DNA of 55,823 nt from assembly GCF_001194135.2 (NCBI RefSeq), contig NC_068983.1, forward strand, positions 161,635,818 through 161,691,640, read 5' to 3'. The first letter of the stretch is position 1, and the number at the start of each line of letters is the position of its first letter. Below, in pieces: positions 33,358-45,366 of this stretch. Position numbers and translations under genes: made by a program. This DNA comes from Octopus bimaculoides (lineage: Eukaryota). Under the pieces are notes generated by a model. That model ran no database searches. It was not told the origin of the DNA and saw only the letters and a list, made by a program, of their open reading frames with translations.

Positions 33358-33562
33358 CAGTGGTTCTCAGCCATTTTTGGCCTATGGACCTCTTTGATTG
33401 CTAATTTACTTGGATGTACCCTCCGGGCCATTCAGTGTTTAAAAATAAACCTATTCAATTTTTATAATTAAATATTATAACCAATTTATTGCAGATGAAT
33501 TTTAACAGCAAAATCTTATATGGACCGCTAAGGGTCATATGAACCCCAGTTGCGAACCCCTA
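33358..33562. mobile_element. hAT/Charlie-like MITE
   Basis: CAGTGGTTCTCAGCC ... AGTTGCGAACCCCTA degenerate TIRs; TSD not evident. Confidence 0.5.
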
Positions 33563-33609
33563 TAATACAGAGAGAAAGAAAAACTATATAAAGTGTGGCA
33601 ACTACTTAC

Positions 33610-33666
33610 AGATATCTTTTTCACAGAATCTACAGCTTTGTTGATGGCGCTCTGTTGGTAGTCATT
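33610..33666 (-). CDS. SNX17: SNX17 penultimate coding exon
   Basis: TTTTTCCAG|AAT...TCT|GTAAGT; 57 nt, phase 0/0; NDYQQSAINKAVDSVKKIS; supported by splice signals and frame rather than homology. Confidence 0.78.
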
Positions 33667-34315
33667 CTGGAAAAATAAGAAAATAAGATTAATCCAAACA
33701 TAATAATGAAAGAATGAAAAGATTCTTAAAATAGAGGAAAATCTCTCTAATTGAAAAATGGTACGAATGAGTCATTAGTATCAACATTATATGATATAGA
33801 AAATAATTCATGAATGCATGTGAAAACATAATTGCTTATAGATATATGGCTGAGAGAAAATGAGTTGTGATGTAGTGTGATAGGGAGAAAAGTTTGTTAA
33901 ACCAGTGCATGTGTGAGTGCAACAGTTATTGTAAATAACCTGAACAGGAGTTCTGAAATGTTGAAGACAAATGTCAGAGTTTTTTGTTTGATGCAAGAGA
34001 AAACAGTGGCAAGGAACGGGAAAGAAAATGGAAAATTTTCGTTTGCACAGAGGAGCTTGTAATAAAAGAAATCTAAGACATACTAATTCAGGGAATCAAA
34101 GGAATGAATAGACAAAAAGGATGTGTATAAAAGTAAGGAACAGAAAGAAACCAATTCTTAACTATGGAAAATATCTACAGATAACTACCTGTAGAAGAAC
34201 AAAGGTAAGAGGCCCACAATTCAATCCACATTCCTATACTTCCATCTACAAAGTTTTATTTAGAATTTAAACACATATTCATTGTACAACCATAAACTCT
34301 TATTAAATATATGGC

Positions 34316-34855
34316 CACAGGCGTGGTTGTGAGGTTAAGAATCTTGCTTCATGTGGTTTGGCCTTGACCAAAGTATCCTTGGGTTGACCAAAGCCATCTG
34401 AGTGGATTTGGTAGATGGAAACAAAGAAATTTGTTGTGAGTGTGTGTCTCGTCTTGACATCACATAACAGTGTCGTTCATCTCCAATATTCTGTGACAAC
34501 ATGCCTGGTTATAGGGAATCATTACCTTACTTGGAAACAGAGAAGGGTTGACAACAGGAAGGGCATCCAACCACAAAGGCTCTACCTCAATAAATTCTGT
34601 CTAACCCCTGCTTAGTGGTTAGGGTATTCGGCTCTCGATCATAAAGTCATGAATTCAGTTCCCTTGAACAAGACACTTCATTTCACACTACTCCAGTCCA
34701 CTCAGCTGGCAAAAATGAGATGTAACTAATTCAAAGGGCCAGCCTTGTCACACTTTGCATCATGCTGAATCTCCTCAAGTACTACATTATGGGTACCCAT
34801 GGAGTACTCAGCCACTTGCATGTTAATTTCATGAGCAGGTTGTCCCAATGACCAG
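34316..34855 (+). mobile_element. SINE family 1 variant with SINE family 2 inserted in its 3' part
   Basis: Head CACAGGCGTGGTTGTGAGGTTAAG; family 2 begins at about 34609. Confidence 0.65.
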
Positions 34856-35867
34856 TGCCAGACTATATATATGCACAACTGGGCCCTTTCCTCAATTTCC
34901 TTCCCCCACAAGGCATCCCCACTACTCATCACCTCCCTAACTGCAGTTCTTTGAAACCATTTTTCTTCTTAGCCAGACCCAATTTGCTTGTTCTCCATCT
35001 TTCATCCCTCCTTTTCGTTTTCAATGACCAGTTATCTCCAACCCCACCCCCATTACACCACACCTGCCTCTCTTTCTTCTCCATCCAACAGCAAGTTATC
35101 TCTCTCTCTCTCTCTCATCCTCTTTACTGTATCATCATTTCTATTCTACTGCTCTACTGTCAGAAATCTCTTTTCCAACCCACTCACCACTCCTACCCCC
35201 TCTGCCCTACTTTCTACCTTAAAGGGTCCTCTCTGACCCATCATCCCCCTGATTTTAATCTCCACCCTGATCGCCCCACTTCTTCTCTTCTACCATCTGA
35301 CTCTCCTACACAGCATGGAATCTGTCTTGCTTCAACCCTTTTCTCTCATAGTTTACCCCTTCTTTATTCCCTAATCTCCTAACAAAGTACCCCCCGCCGC
35401 TCAGTTTATAGCCTTGCAGACTGCATGGTGTTCTTACTAGTGCTGGTGCCCCCCCCCCCNNNNNNNNNNNCCAATGGCACTCAATACATTCCTTTTCTGC
35501 TCTAGACACAAGGCCCAAAATTTTGCGGGAAGGAGCCAGTTAATTAAACCAACCCCAGCATGCAACTGGTACTTAATATATCAACCCCCAAAAGGAAGAA
35601 AGGCAAAGTTGACCTCGACAGAATTTGAACGCAGAACATACAGCTTTTAACCTTTTATTGGCTTCAGACTTTGGACGACATTGAAGAAGGATTTTGCTGA
35701 TTAAATTCACCCCAGAAGTCATGTCTTATTTCAGCTGAACTGCTAAGTTACAGGAGTGTAAAGAAACCAACACAGATTCCTTAGCACTGAAAGACAAACA
35801 CAAGCACATATGTGCAGTGTGTGTGTGTGTGTGGGGGGGGTAATTGCCATTGTTTTAATTTTTTTAT

Positions 35868-36390
35868 TCTTTTATTTGTTTCAGTCATTTGACTGTGGCA
35901 ATGCTGGAGCACCACCTTTAATCGAGCAAATCGACCCCCAGGACTTATTCTTTCTAAGCCTAGTACTTATTCAGTTGGTCTCTTTTGCCAAACTGCTAAG
36001 TTACGGGGACCTAAACACACCAACATCGTTTGTCAAGTGACATTGGGGGGACAAATACAGACACACAAACACATACATACATAAATACTGGTGTTAGGAA
36101 GCGCATCCAGCCGTAGAAACTCTGCCAGATCAGATTGGAGTCTGGTGTAGCCATCTGGTTCGCCAGTCTCCAGTCAAATTGTCCAACCCATGCTAGCATG
36201 GAAAGCAGACGTTAAATGATGATAATGATGACGATATGTAACAGTCTTCTTTCAGTTTCTGTCTATCAAATCCATTCACAAGGCTTTGGTCAGCCTGAAG
36301 CTATAAGAGAAGACACTTGCCAAAGGTGCCACACAGTGGGACTGAACCCGGAACCATGTGGCTGGTAAGCAAGCTACAGTCACTCCTACG
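35868..36390 (-). mobile_element. SINE family 1 interrupted by a plus-strand RTE 3' end (36085-36232)
   Basis: Both halves align to 12545-12975. Confidence 0.75.
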
Positions 36391-36499
36391 ATCTACTTTT
36401 CATTAATTTACTCCTGAATTTTAAATGTAGGGCCTGTGAAGACTGGTAGGTTTATGTGGAGAAAAGAATTATTGCAATAAGAGGTTGATTACATTATGT

Positions 36500-36737
36500 A
36501 CATCATTTACATTTGACGAATATTTGTCCTCATCTTGTTTATTGCTAACACGTTTCGGCTGATATACCCTCCAGCCTTCATCAGGTGTCTTGGGGAAATT
36601 TCGAACCTGGGTTCTCATTCCTGAGGTATTTTTCGATATTATTATTATTCAGGTCACTGCTTGGAATCGAACTCAGAATCTTGGGGTTAGTAGCCTGCAC
36701 TCTTAACCACTACGCCATATGCCTGTGGGCATATGGC
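36500..36737 (-). mobile_element. tRNA-headed hammerhead element with intact Pol III boxes, locus D
   Basis: A box TGGCGTAGTGG (36707-36717 rc), B box GAGTTCGATTCC (36663-36674 rc), (AAT)n spacer, hammerhead; palindromic head junction GCCATATGC-CTGTGG-GCATATGGC. Confidence 0.8.
36547..36589 (-). ncRNA. Hammerhead motif with intact core and 3-nt deletion at the stem III/I junction
   Basis: GACAC-CUGAUGA-A-GGCUG-loop-CAGCC-GAAA-C-GUGUU. Confidence 0.55.
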
Positions 36738-39700
36738 AAGACAACTGAGGTTGATTAGTGCACATCACTCCATAAGGAGCATAAGACCAGTTACTTGGTT
36801 TCTTGGTGCATATATTCCTCCTCCTGGACAGGATGCTGATCCATCGCAGGATTATTCCTTTTTTTCCAGCTGAGTGGACTGGAGTAACGTGAAATGAAGT
36901 GTTTTGCTCAAGAACCCAACACATCACCCAGTTCAGGAATTGAAACTACAGTCTTATGACGATGAGTCCAGCTACCTAGCCACTAAGCCATGTGCCTCCA
37001 CAATAAGTAGAAATAGCTTTAATTTGTTGAGCCGTACAAAGTCTTTGAATGGAAGAAACGAAGATATGTCTTGGAATTCTTTTTCTAATGGGAGATGTGC
37101 AACTTCAAATTGAAGGAGACACCTGAGGCACAAGTTCAGCCATGATAAGGAAACCAATGCTCAGGAATAAATATCTTGTAAATATAAATGAAAACATCTA
37201 TGTGTAATAAACTTACCTGTGTTCAACCTACCTGGGCAGGTCAAAGTGATAAAGACAACAGGTGAAAAAATTAACAACAAATGTAAAAACCACATTCACA
37301 ATATACACCAATGATTGTTATACTGTATCAGCAAATTTCATCCAAATTCATGCAAAAATTTACATTTCTATGATTTGTTCCTTTTACACTGACCCAACTG
37401 CCATTTCATCAAAACTGATTCTAACAGAATTGGGAGATTTAAAGAAAGTAGCACAAAACTTAAGAGTTTGGTTTAGGAAAAAATAACTTCTGCTTTGTGT
37501 AGGATTATTTTGAGGTGGGTTCTTTCCAGCTAAAGTTTTACCATTTTCAAAGCAAGTGTTCCAGATTAAGTTAATCAATAATCAGACAACATTTTTGAGT
37601 TTTACACAGCATGAGGAATTGCAGAACATTGAACAACTTCCTTCAACTGTTGGAGAGCGATGAATAAAGATTGACATGACTTGAATGATAGATCCAAGTT
37701 TGCAAGAATTGTGATCAGGAATTTGTAAACTACACATTGTTTATTTTGAATATGTATTGCTTCCTGAATTTATCTCTCAATTAAGATGTGTCCTACTTCA
37801 TTCTCCAACTATTCCACTTCTATATAAATACCCAGTTAATTGGCCAATGAAGAGACAGAAAGAAGCATGTGAAAAAACATTAGAATGACTAATATTAACC
37901 AACATGAGGGGGGAGAGGGGGAGGAAGAGTTCAATGGAAGTTTGTTCAGCAGAAGTGGAGGAACTCAGTTGAGAGAGAGAAAGAGAGAGACCGTATTTAC
38001 AAGGGAAACCTATTCAAGAAAAGACGTTAAATGAATAGGGATTATTTGTCAAGTAGACACACCTGGAATTACCTGATCAAAGTTAAAAAAAGAAACTTTA
38101 ATCCAGTAATTTATCACTGATATAAATGATTTGGGTCAAGACAGAATAAAATAAATTATATATTCTAAATGTGTACTGTATAACTTTTTTCATCACATGC
38201 ACACATACGCATACACACACATACAGTTAATGCATATCACATATATACATAAATATCATCATCGTTTCAGTATCCAATTTTCTATGCTTGCATGGGTCGA
38301 ATGAGATTCAATGAAGCAGATTTTGAGGGACTGAATGCCCTTCCCCTTGTCAACCCTCAAAGTAAGGTAATACTTTTTCATGGCCAGACATATTTTCACA
38401 GAAGACAGGAAAAGAAGGACACTGTTTGTGTAATGGAGATGTTTTTTTACAATAATGGCTCCATGTCAAAATGAGGGGGACACAAAAATACACCTCCATA
38501 CACACACTATAAAGTAATAAATTAAATTTTTGTATAAACAACTCTAAATAGAACTAATTGCAGAAGAATTTACAATTTGGTTTTTTGAAAATGTTTACAA
38601 AATGTAAGAGGAGACAACTAAAATTTGTTCCCTTGAATATTTGAAGGAAGGAATAATTCTAAAGTAAGGTAAAATGGAACCATACACAACAACGCCATTA
38701 TTAATAAAAGGAAAAAAACTATACCAAAAATGTCTCCTCTCTTCATTTTTCACTCTTCAATAAGAATTTTCAACAAGAAACAGAAAAAAAAAAACTTAGA
38801 AGTGATTCCCTCCCTTTAAGCACTCTCCACTGCCAATATGTTCCAGCTTCCAGCAAACAGAGCAATTCTATTATATTCATAATTATGAATTGAGAAACAT
38901 TTGGTGGGTTAAAATACAGATATAACAAAGAAAGCTTGGAGTATTATTGCTTTTGTTGATAGCAGAGATTCTCTGTCTCGTTACGAAAGAAAAGTCGATG
39001 GTAAGGAAGACAGATGAGAAAGACAAGAAGCAAAAGAATGTTAAAATGGCAAAGAAAGAGAAGTTTTAAGAAGATGTAAGAAGAAATGAGTGTAAATGAG
39101 GATGAACGCAAGTAATTTGACCAGGTAACCAAGTATTATCAGGGTTCAGGTGAGTTTAATGTTAAGAAAATGTTAATAGTGGAGGTCAATTAGAAGAAAA
39201 AAATCTCAAGAAACCAAGAATTGTTTGAAGTAAAGTTGAATATTTGATCATCCAGGGTGTAAAATAGGGAGGGACACAACTATAGTTAAGTATATTTATT
39301 TATTCAAGAGATGTAGCATGGAAAAGAGATCACTGTTTTGATATGGAGTGACAGCACTAAGCAGTGAGGTGTATAAATATAAACTTGTTACCAGTTCAGA
39401 TCTGTTTGAGGCATAAACCTGTAAAAAAAAGCCATTCACTGTGTTTTTGCCATGGAGAAAATTTCTCTCTACACACAAATAGGTGTGAGTACAGTGAGTC
39501 AGTTTGCAGCATCACCTGACCAGACTTTGGGATGCATGCATTTTGGAGTGGATATCTTCTCTACAGCAACAGAGACCAGAAAGACAGACGCTGGGAACTG
39601 ACATGAGGGACAGGTCCCTCTTGTGTTTTGGTCCACACTGTAAAGTGGTTGGCGTTTGAAAGGGCATCCAGCTGTAAGAACCATGCCAAAACTGACCTCG

Positions 39701-40561
39701 CTTGTGCTCGTACCATGTAAAAAGCACTAAATCCACTCTAGTAAGTGGTTGGTATTAGGAAGAACATCCCGCTGTAAAAATCCTACCAAAATAGTCACAG
39801 AAGTCTGGTGTAGGCTTCTGCCTGGCTGGTTCTTGTCAAACCATCCCACCCATGCTAGCATGGAAGGCGAACATTAAACGACAAGCGAAAGGAGTTAAGA
39901 CAAGGAGATGGTAGTTTTGTAGTAAGGAAAGAGTATAAATGGGTTCTAACTGAAATCTTCTTCTTCCTTCTTCGGCTGTCTGTCATAGATCAACGTTGAC
40001 TGATCTTGTACAGAAATCAGTCCCTGGCAGGTTCACATGTGGGCTACAAGGCCTACTCTTAATCTGCAGCAGCAATGATACATGCGACAGGTGAAACTAC
40101 CTGACAATATGAAATGTCTAAAATGAACAACCAAAGATTGGATTAGGTTATTGTGTCTACTGAGTTGATAAGATATTAGAAAACAAATCACTGGCTGAGT
40201 CTACTTAGCTGTAATTAAGCACCACACAATAACAGTTTAATTGATACCAAAAATGGTAATTTCAGTCTTGACAAGAGTTTTGTTGGTTTTTACAGTGATG
40301 GGTTCAGTTTTTGTTTTCCCAAGAGATGTTGTTCTCCCAATGATCTCCCCTGCTTAAGCCTACTTACAGCAGTCACCCACACAGACCTGATGACAGAAGG
40401 ACTTTCATTGTTTTATTCTTAGATTTTATGAAAATTTTCAACTTTATAAACTAAAGTTCTATTCGTTCTGCTTTCAGGATATGAGATTTCAGTAACAATA
40501 GTTTCATGTTAGGTGAAGTAAAATACAGGAGAGTTTAGCATTTGTGAATACAAACATGGAA

Positions 40562-40574
40562 TAATACTGGCTGT

Positions 40575-40609
<35 letters not shown>

Positions 40610-40785
40610 TCTTTCTACTGGAAGCACAAGGCCTCGAATTTGCATAACCGGTACTTGTTTAATCAACCCCGAAAGGATGAAAGGCAAAGTCGACCCTGGC
40701 GGAATTTGAACTCAGAACGTAGCGGCAGACGAAATACTGCTAAGCATTTCACCGGGTATGCTAATGACTCTGCCAGCTCACCACC

Positions 40786-40823
<38 letters not shown>

Positions 40824-41070
40824 CCTTTCTACTCTAGGAACAAAGCCTGAAATTTGGTGGAGGGGTTAAGTTGATGAGATCAATCCCAGTACTCAACCGG
40901 CACTTAATTTATTGACCCCGAAAGGATGAAAGGCAAAATCAACCTTAGCAGAACTTGAACTCAGAATGCAGCAACAGGAGAAATACCGCCAAGCATTTCA
41001 CCGGGTATGCTAATGATTCTGCCAGCTCACCACCATCACAATAATAATAATAATAATAATAATAATAATC
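40562..41070 (-). mobile_element. Tandem SINE family 3 copies separated by (AAT)n runs
   Basis: Two copies (40608-40787, 40824-41038), each bounded by (AAT)n. Confidence 0.8.
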
Positions 41071-43420
41071 TTTTCTACTAAACGCTTGAAATTTACAAGT
41101 CCTTTTAGAGTTAGCTGCTCTTAACTTTAATTGGTCTTCTTTGAATAAGGAATAACTAATTATTGAGTGAAGCAGATTAAGGCAAGCATAACAACAGTGG
41201 AAAGGTATAAAATACTGGCTGTCATTAAGTTTAAAACTCAGCACAGACTCTATGACCACTTCGTTACTACTACTACTACTACTACTACATAAAGTAACAA
41301 CAAAAATGCTATATATATATAACACTGTGCTAAACTGGCATAATAAATAAAATATTGAAAATATTTGTAAATCCATGCTGTTATTAGACTGCAAAACAAA
41401 AGTAAGGCAGGTGATAAATAAATAAAAAGAAATAATGTAAACCAAATAATGAAAGCAAAATATAAGTTTCCTAGATTAAAAATGCCACTTGCTTCAACAC
41501 AAAACTGACTGAATTAAAACCTTTTCTGAAATAAAAACATTTAAATTATTTTAAAGCCATTTTGTTTCCCCATATTCTAAACCAAAAACCAAAAAGTTTT
41601 CTCTAAAAGTTAAAATACTGCTTGTCCATGCAGAAAATAAAATATCAAAAGGCAGCTATAAAAACAACGAAAATGGCTGAGGAGAGAGAAAGGAAAGATA
41701 ACATGCTAACACAATGAGGATCGCACATACTTCCAAAAGTTCAGAGTATAAATATAATCCAGCTGGCTGCAGGGAAAGAAAAAACAAACAAACAGTCTTG
41801 TTATTTACATAAAGTTAATGATTATTTCTATAGTGATTTCATTAAGATAAAAAAAATTTACTATAATCATAAAAGTGAGTCTATCGTTAATCTGTAGAGA
41901 AGTTAAAGATATTTTATAAATTTGGTCATCCCATACTCTATCACTGGCACTACTGCAATATATGTTGACACTGAAGTAAGATGAAGGAGGTTTCAGCGGA
42001 GTGGCTCCTGAATGTAATTCTTCCCAGAGAGACAAAATATGTTCCACCACAGGCAAGACAATGTCTCTTACTTGGTTAACACTGTGAAAGCTGGAAAAAT
42101 AAAACTCCAACACACTTCACTTCCAGTAGCAGACATATCAAGGACAATCTCTCTCTCTCCTTGTGTGTGTAGGCACTGAAGTGGCTGTGTGGTTAAATGC
42201 CTGCATCCCAACCACATGGTTCCAGATTCAGTCTCACTGCATAGCACCTTGGGCAAGAGTCTTCTATTATAACCTTAGGCCATCTAAAGCCTTGTGAGGG
42301 GATTTGCTAGGCAGAAACTGAAAGTAGTTTGTCATGTGTGCAAAATTGTGGGAATATACGGTGACAGATCCTGCTCATATTTAACCAACAGAAATCTATC
42401 TCTCAGCTAACAACATTATCAATATTTTCCTTTTGCTATATGGGGATTAAATCAGAAAATACTTGAACATAGCCTCAAAGTTAATGACTTTATTTATCTT
42501 TAATCAAAAAAAAAATCCTTGCTTCTAAACCTTATATTTTATTTCAGGATTGTTCATTTTAAGCTTCCCTAAGCATAACACTTTGGATGTTAATGAGAGA
42601 AAATACTGACAGCAAGAATATGATCAGTAAATTGAGAGAAATTATAAAGTGTCAGGGTAAGTGTTTGGAAATATTATTTTGTCTATGTTCTGAGTTCAAA
42701 TCACAGCAGGGTCACTTTCCAGGATTGAGAAAATAAGCTTTACTAATATTTTGGAATCAAGTCAATTAAGATAGCCCCTATTAGAATTAACTTTTTTTCC
42801 TACACCAGCATCCGGCTAAACTAAATCCTGATACTAATTTCAGTGAGAAATTTAGTATAAATTTGTGAATAACTAAGCAGCACTTCTCTTTGATATATAT
42901 CCGATGTTATTTGTAGAGTAAAACCACACAGTGATGAAATCAGGTTTGTTGAAATTCGATATTTAATAGCAATGAGATATTTTACTGGCATGCAGCGACC
43001 AGTCTTCTACATTGTTGAGTTCCAATAGAACGAAATCAAGTGATATGGACATCCTGACACCCATGACAGACAAATTTCAATTGGCTATGATCTATATGTG
43101 TGCTTTTATGCATCAAGTGCCTACAGGTTCTTTCAAAGCTAATAACACAGTATTCGGTATTCTAACAAGGTATCCATGTTAAGTTGGATACAAAGATTAC
43201 CTTTTGATATTAATACCATTTCTTCTGTTGCAAATAATTAACTGAAGTTTAAGTAACTGAGCATCACTGCAAATGATGATAAAGAGATGCCTAATGATCT
43301 CTCATTTACAACTAAGTTAATTTGTCATACAAACTTAAAATCCTTTATCACTTTACAGGGTTCCCAGATTTCTTCATCTTTATACTTTGGGAAAGACAGA
43401 CAGAAAATCAAAACACTCAC

Positions 43421-43519
43421 CTCACTGAAGGTTCGACTCATATTTTGATTGGAAATAATTGGTGACGTATTGTCTCTGTTCAAGTAATCTCCCCTTGTAT
43501 AATGCATTCGGTCTTGAGG
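43421..43519 (-). CDS. SNX17: SNX17 coding exon (C-terminal linker)
   Basis: CCCTTCTAG|CCT...GAG|GTGAGT; 99 nt, phase 0/0; PQDRMHYTRGDYLNRDNTSPIISNQNMSRTFSE. Confidence 0.8.
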
Positions 43520-44451
43520 CTAGAAGGGGAACAAAAGATATTACATCTTAAAACTTGAACATGCAGCATTATATTCTCTATTAAAACAACAACACACAAC
43601 ATGCATTGTGCAAAGCCACGGGGGATTTTTGTGCAGCTTTTCATAAATCTACAAATAATACCCATCCTGAAGAAAATGAAAGGATAACTTGCTAAAAACA
43701 ATGAAGAATAAAGGCATTCTATGGATGAATATAAATTTGAAATTTCTTCTCCTCTATCCCTTAGTCAACACGTGTTATTAATTAAAGGCAAAAAATACTA
43801 AAGAGTGCATCTACATAGGCTTTAATTGCACTTGTAAAGCAAACACCTTCTAATCCATTTGATAAAGGAAAAATATTATTTTAGTATTTTGTATTTGGTT
43901 AACAAGATTCTTGGTGTGAATTTGTGTGTTGAAATGAATTTTGAAGTGTATTGGGAAGGTAGAGGGGAAATCACTAAGTTACTGATAAGGTCGCGAATAG
44001 TGATGAAAGAACTTTGACTAATAAACAACGGATTAGTTAGTTGGTTAGATATTTAACCAATTGACTAACAATAAAGAAGTGGAACTGAACCTGTGTGTGT
44101 GTGTGTCAAATTGGCATAATGCTCCTCCCAAGACACATCAAAACTATTTTAGTAGTTTTAACAATTCAACAAATAAACAATCTATGGATTCTAAAGGCCA
44201 CAACACAGTCAATTTATTTCCCTTTGGTGGGGTAGTAATTCCAGTTAAAAAGTAATATAGAAGAAAGTGGGTATTTAATCTTGTCACAGAAAATCTCTTT
44301 AGTCCTATTACTTAGAGTCCATGCTGTAAAACAGTTGATTACAAGAAGAGCATCCAACCATTGGAACCATACCAAAACCAACTGAACCATATCAATGAGA
44401 TAAGGTCTCTGCATGTAACATCAGTTTTCATATCAAAGAGGACAGTAATTA

Positions 44452-44665
44452 TTTTCTACTCTAGGCAGAAGGCCTGAAATTTTTTGGGGAGGGGGCAAAT
44501 CGATTAGATCGATCCGGTATGCAACTGGTACTTAATTTATCGACCTCGAAAGGATGAGAGGGAAAGTCGACCTCGGCGGAATTTGAACTCAGAACATAAA
44601 GATAGACAAAATACCACTAAGTGTTTCGCCCGGTGTGCTAACGTTTCTGCCAGCTTGCTACCTTA
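44452..44665 (-). mobile_element. SINE family 3, full length
   Basis: Aligns end to end with 52177-52400 (reverse complement). Confidence 0.8.
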
Positions 44666-44820
44666 GAGGACAGTAATTCTGAGTAAGAACTGATGCAAAT
44701 TAGACAGGAGTATTTAGTCAAAACTCTCTAGTACCAACTGGCCTGATACAGTGTACCCAGTCCACATTGTAAGACACAGACAAGATTAAAGTTGGCAGGG
44801 GGAAAATGGGTCAGTTACTC

Positions 44821-44882
44821 TGTGTGTGTGTGTGTGTGTGTGTGCGTGTGCGTGTGCGTGTGCGTGTGCGTGTGTGTGTGTG
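44821..44882. repeat. (TG)n/(TGCGTG)n microsatellite
   Basis: Direct. Confidence 0.95.
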
Positions 44883-44957
44883 CAAGATGACTAATGAATG
44901 ATGAGATGCTGAGACTAATTCAGCCAATGCAAACACGAACAAACAGACTTGATGATA

Positions 44958-45167
44958 CATTATTTACATTTGGCGGATGTTTGTCCTCATCTTGTTTGTT
45001 GTTAACACAATGTTTCAACTGATATACCCTCCAGCCTTCATCAGGTGTCTTGGGGAAATTTCAAACCTGGGTTCTCGTTCCTAAGGTATTTTTCCATCAA
45101 ATATCCTTCAAATGTAAATAATATAAATAATGTACATAATTCCTCATCTCTTAAATATAGAACTGTA
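44958..45167. mobile_element. Collapsed palindromic hammerhead element, locus E
   Basis: Minus arm with hammerhead (45004-45049) fused at about 45095 to the 3' end of a plus arm. Confidence 0.75.
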
Positions 45168-45288
45168 GGCTTGATGATGATTTATTAAACAAACTAGGGA
45201 AATTTCAATCGGAGTTGGAAGGGACGGCCTACTGACACAGACCACCTCTAGTTGTAAATTTACCAAAAGAAAACAAGGTTGAACTTAC

Positions 45289-45366
45289 TTTTTTAATTTT
45301 TTTCCCTTTTTTCTTTCTTACTAATTCATCCACCATTCCTTCCAAGCACATGCTAATTAGGATTGC
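45289..45366 (-). CDS. SNX17: SNX17 coding exon (end of FERM F3)
   Basis: CTCTCCAG|GCA...AAA|GTAAGT; AILISMCLEGMVDELVRKKKGKKIKK vs recalled AIMMSICLQSMVDELMVKK. Confidence 0.93.

Noticed and set aside
36650-36722. tRNA gene
   Set aside because: A/B boxes present but no complete cloverleaf or acceptor stem; it is the head of a repeated element. The same holds for the SINE family heads
40945-41445. 166-aa hydrophobic minus-strand ORF
   Set aside because: AT-rich low complexity crossing (TAG)n, (TAT)n and a SINE
42072-42090. 19-nt microexon candidate (TTCCAG|...|GTAAGA)
   Set aside because: Short pyrimidine tract, weaker donor, in-frame stop; not distinguishable from chance without reads
41805-42113. 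102-aa minus-strand ORF as an alternative SNX17 exon
   Set aside because: Needs phase-2 entry, but the upstream exon ends in phase 0; no recognisable homology
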